53,639 nucleotides of DNA from Phoronis australis (lineage: Eukaryota; Animalia; Phoronida): assembly GCA_002633005.1 (NCBI GenBank), contig NMRA01000113.1, forward strand, positions 694,239 through 747,877, in the 5' to 3' direction. This document shows, in pieces, positions 39,001 to 51,000 of this stretch. A model generated the notes under the pieces. It did no database searches and was not told the DNA's origin. It saw only the letters and a list, made by a program, of their open reading frames with translations. The first letter of the stretch is position 1, and every line of letters starts with the position of its first letter. A program made the translations under genes and the position numbers.

Positions 39001-42000
39001 TGTTTTTAGTAGGTTGGCAGCCCTGAAAATTACTTTCATGGTTAAACTGTGTCTATTTTTAAATTCAAAATCGTTGGTGATGTATTAAGAATAATCATTA
39101 TGAAAAATCTTTAAAAAAATCGAAATCCACTACACACTACGATGGCATAACGCGTTGATTTATTAAAAACATCTTTTAATGCAAACTGTTTTCCCCCATT
39201 GTCTTTAATCACTGCTGTTTTTCCACTTGATAAGATTATTACTATTCATAAATGAAGTGACACGGACAATAATAACTTCCTTGTTAACTACAGGTCTGCT
39301 TGCAATTTCTTTCAACAACCCAATGTAAAAATACCCACCTTCAGAAAAGTTGTCAGAATTCCTTAATGTTTAAAATACCCCATTTAATTAACAATCGTAT
39401 CCTGCAAAATATTATAACAAAAAAATTGTCACACACAGCTTACACTTATGTATCAGAGTTCCGTGCTCTTGTACATCCTTGGTTACAGAATGTAAAACCA
39501 TAAAGAATGAATCAAGGGAACAACTGACGCTTGTCATTTTGAATGTGCTGAATACGACTCCAGGAGACTGAAAATAAGAGTTTTTTGGAAAGTTGTGTCA
39601 TGTCACTTCTCTTCATTGTTAAGACATGATTGATGTTACTTACAGGCTTAATGGTTCAGAAGTTTCTCAGCAAGTACTGGATATTTGTGTGCGCTGCCTT
39701 GTTTCTTTTCATGGCTGTACAGGAGGCGGTGCTGTACAGAATAATCTACATGGTGCTTTTTTTGTTCTTTGTCCAAATATTTCAGGTAAGCGGAACTCAT
39801 CTTTATTTCAAATAGGTAAACAGCAGAGTCATGTTTTTAGTTGCTTTTGTTCTTGGGATTCAGTTGGTTATTTACAGTGATTTTATTTGGCTAAAAATTA
39901 TTGCAACACTCTGTTGCCACTGTACCCTATTGCTACATTTTGCACCTCACTTAATAACGGGGTATTGTGCTTACGTCACTTAATAACAGGGGGTATTGTG
40001 CTTACGTCTATAGACCTTGTTTCAAAAGTGTTTATGTTTCAGCCATGCCTGTTCACCTGACGTTCTCATTCTCATTACTTTTAGTTCTCCTACCGTTTCT
40101 GGCGGTTCATCCTTTACGGCTTTTGGTGGTTCGTCATAGTCTACTCCATGATTGTCCTCCTTCTCATCTACACCTATCAGTTTGAAACGTTTCAACAATT
40201 TTGGAACAGAACCAACCTCAATGAAACCTCGTATGTATCATCCTCCTTCCCAACATTCTTTCTCAACTTACTTCTCTCCCTTCATTTTTAAAGTTGCATT
40301 AAATTTATTTGCCTTTTGTAAAAATAAACTTGCTGTTATTTTAGCCAACTTAAACTGTTGTAAGACTAAACTCAACTTGACTTGAAAAATCTTCCCTTGA
40401 AATGATTACGTCCACTTGCCCGTGTTTTCCTGACACAAGCCCAGTATGTATGAGGGGTGCAGTGGTGGTGAGTGCACCCTTCGTAAGGCAATTGAGATCT
40501 GCCAAGAATCTTAGTCTTACTGATCACTCTTATGTAATTTGGATGACTGAGACAGAATCGGTGGTGGTTGAAGAGAAGGGACAAAGATCCATTAATCACC
40601 ACTATAAATTAAATGTTAAGGGTGCAATAAACCATGTTCTGATGTGATTTACAGTATAAAAGACATAGGTCTGGAGATGTATGACCCCCAGCAGCTGGCT
40701 CTTAAACTGCTCACCCCAACTGTCTTCTTGATAATTGTCATTATTCAGCTACATATTGTACACCAACCGTTCCTCAAGATAAGTGACATCGACAGATACA
40801 AGTGAGTACCATTTCTTGAAACCAATGTTTATTACAATGTAAAGTTGCATGATTGAAAGTTGAAGTATTGAATAAAGGAACGTCAGCCGTGTCCACTTTT
40901 CCTTCTGTTGTTAGGTTTTCATGACAGCGGTCTAATAATAGTATTTATAACATCCAATGTGTCACGTGGTGGTATCTTAGTGCTTTATGTGTGTGCTGCA
41001 TAATGCCTGGAGGGGGGAGGGGTATAATTATTGTTACAAAGAACAAAAAAAAATTCCTGAATGTTAACTGAAGTGGGTGTATAATGGTCTTCAGATGATG
41101 GTGTTTAAATAAACGACACTGAAACATGTGAAGCCGTTTTAAACCGTTGCTGTTTTTATTAATTGTCATTTAAAAGTGAACATTTTGAAAGTCCAGGGTT
41201 AGTGTGTAGCTGAATATGGGATTTAACCCAAACCAGGGCAGTGATATATTTTCATTTCAAAATATTCTCTGGCCTTTGTTTTGGAAAATTTAATTTAGTT
41301 TCCGTTGGTTAGACTGTATTTTGGTTATTTCCAGAGGTACAGAGCAGCGTGTACAGCAGACTGGTAGTTCATCTGAGGAAGAACGGGAAACCTCGTTAAC
41401 AGAGGAGGTTAAAAGTACGTACTGGTAGATGTATAATTGACAAGTGCTTGTTGGTATATCTAAAGATGCCGTGGTCACACATCAATCGATGGGGTACCCT
41501 ATGTACTGTGTGTCTGAATTAGGCCTTTTACTTTCATAAAATTGGTCTCATAGTATTCCTTACCATAATAAGATTCCATTTCCATTAATATTCAATATGA
41601 CACAGGTGCACACAAGATTCCTTTTTTCTCCCAATTCAAGTCACTTTCAATGTGTACATGTGGCATTTTCAAATTTGTAATAATAAATTTTATGGTTGGC
41701 CAACCCCATTAAACTGAAGTATTTTCTTGAGTTGTTGGTGGTTTTGATGTTCTTTTTGATAATAGAAATGGAATCTTATGACAGTAGCGAGTATAATGTC
41801 AGACCAATTTTATGAGAGTAAAATTCAGGTTTTTTTTTAGCCAGCTAAACAAGGTGAAATGAGGCGTTAAACAAATTTACTGAACCTTTAGATTTTCGTA
41901 ATTAAAAGTCCCCGTTTTAGTATCACACATTGGAGTATTTTTATCTTCTATTTTCGTCATATATGTGTCTTTGCTAATCTATATTTCAGAAAGCAAATTC

Positions 42001-45000
42001 TTTTCTAAGAAAACCTGGTCCAAACTAAATGACGTCCACAAGAGCGTGTGTGAATTTCTGTGGAGACTGTTGGAAGTTCACATCTTTAAGCTTGTCGTCT
42101 TCACAATCGTTATTGTGTCACTGGTCAATGTAAGTGTTGCAGAGATGGGTTTTCACGTGGTTTCCGTGTTCCAATCTTAAAGTGTTGCTTTTTAAAAGAA
42201 TTTTCCATCTGTAGGTTTGTTTTGGGTTTTGCACCAGGAAAGGCACCTGTTTCATTTCAAGTTAAATTCAACATCTTTTCAAACTGTGCTGTTTTGACAA
42301 GGATGTTTTTCATAGTAATATTTGATTAAGAAAACAGCAATTAGCAAGTGGAGCTTGAGCTGAAGAACATTGTTTGAACGATGAATGATGAGCACTTTTA
42401 ACTATTGTTTGAGTATTTGACCACCCTATTTGTTGATAACAACTCTTGGCAAGAAAATAACTTTTACAGAATTTAGCTACAGCGCTGGTTCGAACCAACG
42501 TACTTCGCAACAACAAGCGAACCCTTAGTGCTGAGCCAAATCTCACTCGTTAAGTAGCAGAGTATTTTAGTAAAGGCACTGGCTCAATTCCAGCAAGTGT
42601 CTGACAGACAATTGTGAGAATTGTCGATACGTAATAAAATGACAAAAACACAATGTATTTTGTTGTTTTCTAATGTAGGACTAATCAAAGCTAATAACTT
42701 CAAGAAGTCTTATTCAATTATAACCCCAAAATTACGTTTTTGTCTGCAAAAAAAACCCGATAATGTCCCTTTAATTTTTGTACATTGTTGGTCAGAGTGG
42801 GTTTTCCAGAATTCCCAAATTTTCTCTTTTTTGTTATGTGAACTGTTTAGTTGCCACCTAGTAGCCATTTTTATTATTTTCGCGTCTGTTTTTAGCATCT
42901 GCCTCTGTACCAATCACCATCAATAGTACCCGCCACCCCTGTCGCAAGCCCTCATAGGCTCTGCCTCAAGTAGCCGAAACTAACATTTTGTGCTTTATAA
43001 TTTTTAAATTGTTACCTTTGTGATTTTCAAGTGATTCAAATCTCAAAAGGAATTTTCAGTCCCTTGAGGGTAGTTTTTGGGCCTCGTAGGGAACTTTGTG
43101 TGATTTTCAATACTTTTCAGATAAGAATGGTTACTATATTTGGCCCCAAAATTGCAGGATTGAGGGACCTGGATAAACACTACCTAAATGTGCTGGAAGG
43201 TAGGGTTAGGAAGGCGTCCGCGATCGTTTCTCCTGAGCCCCTTGCAAGATCTTCATTAAATTTGGCGACCGCAATTCTTTGAACGTGAGATTGGTTGACA
43301 ACTTTCTAACTGATCTGACTACCGCTGTACCACAGGTGGCAAATTTAGCTTTTTGTTTTTCTTTCTGAATTTTTGGAGTTCCTCTCATAAATTTTCATGA
43401 AGGTTTCTATCGAAGAGACTATGACACCTTCACATTTTCGAATGGATATGACGTATCGAATGCCACGTGGTGACCAGTTATATTATTTCTGAGTCTGGTT
43501 TTTGGCATCTGCCCCTTTATTGTCCTTATTTGACACTAACTAACACTTGTTTTGAGAAACCCTGCAAAATGTAGAAATGTTTATTGTGGCTCCTTATGTC
43601 AGCTCATGGGTCTGTATTTGAAGAGACGCTGTCATGGAAATGGCGGATGTTCAAGAAAAAAATCATTTCCTTAAGCCTACAACTGAAGTATGACTAACAT
43701 TGATCAAACCCTTGTTTATCTTTGGTTTGCCTGTGGTTCACCAGGAATTCGTCACTTCTGTTTTCTTAGCCACATCCACAACATCAAGAAGTAAGTTTAA
43801 TGAAAAGAATACTTTCTGTATAGTGCTTCTTGTCACCATTTCCTGTCCTGGCAACTGGTTCACGGGAACATTGCCCATCTCCTACCTTCCTATGCCTACC
43901 TTGCTACCGGTGCTCATTAATGAGAACATACCACATCTCCTGCTTTCCTACCTGTACCTTGCCACCGGTCCACATTCAGGAGAACATAGCCCATCTCTCA
44001 CCTTCCTACCCCTACCTTGCCACCGGTAGATATTCATGAGAACATAGCCCATCTCTCACCTTCCTACCCATACCTTACCACCGGTACACATTCATGAGAA
44101 CATAGCCCATCTCTCACCTTCCTACCCTTACCTTGCTACTCGTACACATTCATGAGAACATAGCCCATCTCTCACCTTCCTACCCCTACCTTACCACCGG
44201 TACACATTCATGAGAACATAGCCCATCTCTCACCTTCCTACCCCTACTTTGCCGCTGGTGCACATTCTAGTTCATGCCCATCTTGTTGCCAGACATCAAA
44301 TCATTGCAGTACATCTTTATTGCAGGTGTCGGCTGTCAGTGGTGTACTGGTGGTTATAGTAGCCGTACTATTGCCTGTGCCCAAGCTGCACGGCCTTCTC
44401 TCTGTTATCTGCCATTTCTGCACTGGATTAGTGATTCTAATGAAGATGGCTTTCCAACTCAACACAGTTACCATTAGTCCGTGGATCAGAACCTGTAACT
44501 TCACTGGCTGGGTAAGAGATGGCACAAATACTGGAGGGGTGAGATATGGGCAGACGTTGAGGTATACTGGAGGGGTGCGATGTGGGCAGACATTGAGGTG
44601 TACTGAAGTAATGAGATGTTGGCAGACATTGAGGTGTACTGGAGGGGTGGGATGTGGGCAGACATTGAGGTATACTGGAGTTGTGGGATGTTGGCAGACA
44701 TTGAGGTGTACTGGAGTTGTGGGATGTGGGCAGACATTGAGGTGTACTGGAAGGGTGGGATGTGGGCAGACATTGAGGTGTACTGGAGTTGTGGGATGTG
44801 GGCAGACATTGAGGTATACTAGAGGGGTGAGATGTGGGCAGACATTGAGGTGTACTGGAGGGGTGGGATGTGGACAGACTTTGAGGTGTATTGGAGGGGT
44901 GACAGTTTGTTAACTGTTTACAAATCCTCCAAGCATGACCCAGGTAAACAACCCAAAGGCATGTTTAACTTTTGAAGGAAGTTCAATTAGTGCATTTTGA

Positions 45001-48000
45001 ATAAAATAACCCTCACTTTTTTGGTAAAATAAGCTTTCTATATAAAATAAGCTTTCTATATAAAATGGGAGACTGTGGTTTTGTCCCATAATGATTATGT
45101 ATAATCTATATTTATCCATATTAAAAGAAAACTAAAAGTCAGAGGTAGATTATTACATGGCGAAGTTGTTATCCCCTGTTATCTAGAGCCCGAGTGGATT
45201 TTGGAGAATTATCGCCCGAGGGGCGACTCGCCTCGGCTTTGTAACTACTTTCTATGTCAGAGGCCCGGGGTCGGAGGTCGTGACCTCTTAAGAAAAGCCA
45301 AGCTATTTTTGTCAAATAATGCTTTTACTCAAAACCAGTTGAAAAATAAAACAAAATAGAAATAACGTGAATCTATAAATTAATGTTTAGCAACTATTAT
45401 AGCTTACTACACATTTTATCACGCTAAGCTTCGACCGGCAAAATATTGTCTGCTAAAAGTAGGTTACCACTAGTAACTGACTATAGTGCTCAAGTCAAAG
45501 GATCCCGATGACATGATACCCGCATTCAAATTGGAGATCGGTGATTTACAAGTGAGAGAACACGAGAGAAAAATTTCACTGAATCATAATATCGTTTTTA
45601 TGGAAATTATGCATCATATTTTTCATAGCGTATAAATGTCGATGCAATGCCCTTTGCTGAACATGCGATTGTTGCGCATGCTCATTTAAGTATTCTATTA
45701 TCATGTTCGATGACGTCAGCCACTCAGTGGTGTTGTGGTAAAGTCGGCGACTCAAAACTGTTGAGGCCCGGGTTCGAATCCGTCCTCGGTTTCCTGCCAA
45801 AATGATATCTCACTAGTGAGATAACTTTATGGGTTATTACACGGTTGTATCTGCCATTCGAGGCTAATAATGTGGTATAACGGTCATTATTATGTGCCCA
45901 CATATATTTATATGTGAACGCATTATGCCGTCATCCCGTCTGTCTGGCGTCCGCTGCTCTATCTCCAAAACGCTTTGACGTATGTTCATGAAATTTTGCA
46001 CATGTGTTCCTTCCATGGATGGGATGGCATGAGCAACTTTCAAACATATCCGACTACCGGTGTGCCCCCTAGTGGCAATTTTAGTTTTTTATGTTTACCT
46101 CCGTATCTTCAAAAGTCCTGAAGGGATTTTCATAAAATTTGGTATATATGCGCCTATTAGTGAGATGACGCTGTCCACCCATTTTCGGATGGGTTCAACG
46201 TAGTTTGCGCCACCTAGTGGTCATTTTTACTATTTTCGAGTCTGTTTTTTGCGTCCACCCCTCTATCAACCAATCTGCTTAAAGGATGATTGTGAAAATT
46301 GACATGTATGTTCTTGCTATGAAGTGGACGGCTGACGGTGATTTTCCGACGATTTGCACTACTGTGGCGCCTCCTACTGGCAGTTTTGTTTTTTTTTGCG
46401 CTTTTGGCTGTATCTCCGAAACCGTTTGAAGGATCATTACTAAGTTTAGGAAATGTGACGTTGACAACAGATGACGACTTTCGGACGGATCTGATTGCCG
46501 GTGTGCCCTCTAGTGGCAATTTTAGTTTTTTACGTTTACCTCTGTATCTTCAAAAGTCCTCTACGGATTTTCATAAAATTCAACATGTAGGCACGTGTTA
46601 GTGAGATGACGTTGTTCTTCCGTTTTCGGATGGATGCGCCACCTAGTGGCCATTTTTACTGTTTACCTCTCTATCAACCAAACCGCTTGAAGAATGGTTA
46701 TGAAAATTGGCATGTACATTCATACTGTGAAGTGGACGGCTGATGACGATTTTCCGACGACTTCAACTGCTGTGGCGTCTCCTAGTCGCAGTTTTGTTTT
46801 TTTTGCGTCTATGCCTGTATCTCCTAAACCGTTCGCAGGATCTGTACTAAATTTAGAAAGTGTATTCATATGATGTAGGCAATGAACGATGACAACTTTC
46901 AGACGGATCTTACTGTTGGTTTGCCCCCTAGTGGCAATTTCATTTTTTTACGTTTAACTCTGTATGTTCAAAGGCCCTCAACAGATTTTCATAAAATTTT
47001 GAATATAGGCAGCTATCCTCCTGTTTTTGGATGGAATCAAGGTATTTTGCGCCACCTGGTGGCCATTTTTGCTGTTTTCGAATCTTGTTTTTGGCGTCCA
47101 CCCTTCTCTCAACCAAATCATTCTTGGGATGGTTTTAAAAAATGGCATATATGTTTGATGATGGCGACTGACTACTGTGACTCCTCCTAGTGGTAGTTTT
47201 GTTTTGTTTTGTTTTGTGCCCATACCTGTATCTCCTAAACCCACTGCAGGATCTTTATTAAATTTAGTGAGTGTAGTTGTAATGAAGATAACAACAGATT
47301 TCAACGACTTTCAGGCGGATCCAACGGACACTGTGCCCCACTTAAGTGGTAATTTCATTTTATTCTATTTTTCTTTGTTTTTCTGAAGTTCCTTGATACA
47401 TTTTTATGAAATATGACATGTTCCAGTTTTTTGATGGATTGTACGTTTTTGCGCCATCTAGTGGCCATTTTTATGATACAAATAAATAACCCTAAAAGCA
47501 CACCATTTGTGATGCATTCGTGGGCACATTTCAATGCTCCGCGTTGCTCTTGTTAGCAAAAACCATTATGAACATTCATTAGAACTTCCACAATTTCTTC
47601 TCAAACTCTGTGTTTGACATAACACGTGTCTTGTGCAAGACATCCCTGTGTTTACTGAAGTTTGTGTTTTCAGAGTTCCTTTCTACCAAACATAACTGAG
47701 GTCAACGATGCTCCCTGGATGGGACTTGACAAGTTAAATGGGAAAAGCTTGGGTGATTATGTAGTGGTAAGACTAACTGTCAAAGTTGAGTATTTCTAGA
47801 GATGTGTTGAAGAGACAAGAAGTGTAAGCTTTACCACTACACAGCAAACACATTCCAAACATCTACATAGTACCTCATAAAGTATTGTTACCATTTAATA
47901 TGTTTATTTTAACACTGTTTACAGTCGGTGCCTCACACTGCTGTTTATTTTCTGAATTGCTACAAAATTATTGCGGTGTCGTCTATTTCAGGGATACATC

Positions 48001-51000
48001 TTTATCATATTAATCCTTAGCGTAGAAACTGTGGTCAAATTGCGTCAGACCCAGCGATACAACGACCCTAATGAGAAAAGACCTCTCTCAGGGATCATCT
48101 TCAAGGACATTCGACGTGAGGACGCTGATGAGGGCATTGTCGCCTTTGGCAAGTTCCTGTTCAACTATGCATTCTACAAGTTTGGTGTGGAAGTACGTGT
48201 AATATTGCCAGTGTGTACTTGTTAACAAGAGAGTGTGTTGTTGAGGCAATCGCCTACTGTCTTAGTAATGCTTTTTAATTCAGGGGCAAGACTGGCATCA
48301 TGTAGTTTCATGGGAGTTTATTACCTGAAATTAATTAAGTTTCATTATGAGTGTCATTATAGCTAGTGTACATAATCATGTGACCCTGTGCTATATAGTA
48401 GGTGTGTTTCACCATGAGCGTCAATATAGCCAGTGTACGTTTCGATGCCCAATGATCATGTGACCCTGTTTTATATTGTAGGTGTGTTTCACCATGAGCG
48501 TCAATATAGCCAGTGTGCATGTCGACGCCCAATGATCATGTGACCCTGTGTTATATTGTAGGTGTGTTTCACCATGAGCATTATTGTGGCCAGTGTACGT
48601 ATGGATGCCTACTCCATTGTCTATGTAATACTGTTGGGTATCGGCATGCTCTGCTGGCGTGTCAGCCGTCGATGTCTCTCAATATGGTGGCCCGCTTATG
48701 TCATCCTACTTGCAGTTCTACTTCCTGTGCAATACGTATTGGCACTAGGAGCACCACCTGGATTTTGCTGGGGTAAGTTATTTCAGTGCAGTTCTGTTTC
48801 ATTACTAAATGCAACCCCATATTGATAATAGCCAGTTGTTCACAACTATTTCTCATTCTTTTTTATGAAAAAATTAGTTGCGCTCTATACATGGGATTTT
48901 TAATGTCCAAATTAAATGTTGGTATGAATGTTTTAATTTCACCAGCTCTCAATATTACATGTCCTTGAATAATGGTATTGACGATTGTTTTGATGAGTAT
49001 TTCAAACGTAGAAAGAGATGTAGTGAAATTTGTTGTCCTGTCATGAATTGATCTCAGAACCTCTTGGTTGAAGTGTCTTTCCTTTACTTCTACACCGCAA
49101 ACCTGTCGCTACAGTTTGAAGTCTTAAAAAGGCTTTATGTGATCCACTTCTTGACACCACGCTAGTTTGTATATTTAACTGTAAGATAGTGAGCAATTTT
49201 TGGGTGTAAATGTGCACGAAGGCATGTCAATTGCACCATCATGTGATCATTACACAAAACTATACTGTATATTCATCGATTTTTCATACTGTACGCAATA
49301 GCTCATGCGTGTGGAACGAGCAGGCACAAATCGTGATCGCTATTATTGTTATGATTTGATTAAGGTCTAAAGATTGGTAAGTCTTTCGAAATTTTTAGCT
49401 TTCTTTAGTGTTTTGTTTTATGTTTGTTTAGAATGGTGACTGAACAATGAATGTGATAAATGTGTTGTTCCAGACCAAATGCAGATGTCAGTCTGGCCTA
49501 TTGTTGAACTTTTCCTTCTTTTCAGTTTATCCGTGGGGAGTGTCCATGTTTCCAGCCCAACTTCAGCAGTGGATGTTTTTACCTCCCCAAGAAGGTTCCC
49601 TCCCTGCCATGAAGTTACTTGGTATGACACTTTTAAATTTTGGATATTATTTGACAGCCCACATGGTGCATGCCATTTGGTGAAGACAAAAACATTTATA
49701 ATGTGTTGTATTTATAGAAATTGATGACTTAACATCGTTGTAGTTTCTTTTCTCGTTTACATTATTTTGTTCTATTTCCACCAGCTGATTTTTTTCAACT
49801 GCTGTTTGCTTGTCAACTATGGACCGTGTTCCGTCTGGAGAACAGTGCCAAGATGGCTGCCTACGGTGGTGGCAGTAATCAGCCAGTGATGCCTAAAGAT
49901 GTTCGTGAATGCACAGACATACCAGGAGAGGACTTCATCGCTGAGAAAAGGTATTGTGTATTGGACCGAAGAGTGTACTGGATGGAAATCACTGGGAATT
50001 GTTTAAAGGCGTTACTGGTCTTACAAGTTCACGCACACAAACACGCTGATATCTACCTATACTTATATTTCACAAACCAGTTGAAGTGTAGACTAAAGTG
50101 ATCTATTACTTATTAATGTCAAAGGTATAGTAACATTATTTTGTAGATGTTCAGACGTCATTAGTTAACTGTTAATAATGTTTTTGCAGAACTTATCTGG
50201 ATGTTCTTAAGGCTGCCGTGTTCCAGTATTTTTTCTGGGTGACTTTCATCATCGTGTTCCTGACGGGTACATCCAAACAAAGCATGTTCTGCTTTGGCTA
50301 CTTACTGACATCCTTCTATCTTTTCTGGTTTGGCGAAGACTTGCTAACAAAGTCTCAAAGGAAACTACTGAGGGTGTAAGTCACTAACTCTTCCGGCCTT
50401 TCTATTGAAGCAGAAAACTCAGTACCAGTTCATTTTGATAAAACCTGACACGGACGTGTGGATGTGAAGTTACAGGTGGTAGTGAGCCGTCTCTGTTGTG
50501 TCTCTTGTTGCTAATTCTAGTTTTTGACCAGATGTTTGTCCGCTGATTATTTCCCAAATGGCTTGATGGTTAACTTTGAAACTATACTTCTTACAGTGCC
50601 CCCTGTTTATCTACTGTAGCACCCCTTGTTTACTATTTTTGAGCACCCACATATTTTATGTGGGTGCATATTGCTGTAATCTCTGTCTGGACATCTGGGC
50701 ACATGACGTCCGGCATCTGCTGCTGCATCGCTTAAACCCCTCACAGGTTCTTAATGAGACTTGACAGATGTGTTCCTGTTAAGCTGACGACAGATGACGG
50801 TGCTGACCGATCAGAGTACCGCTATTTCTCCCAGTGACAATTTTAGTTTTTTTACGTTTGCCTCCGTATCTTCGCAGTTCTTGATGGAGTTTCATGAAAT
50901 TTGGCAAATGGTTTCTATTAAGGAGACGACAATACCTTGCGATTTTCAGATGGATTTGACCTATTCTGTTTCACTTAGGGGGCATTTTTATGCGTCAGAT

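Noticed and set aside
45720-45799. Functional tRNA gene
   Set aside because: The A and B boxes are present, but the acceptor and anticodon stems do not pair convincingly; kept only as tRNA-like.
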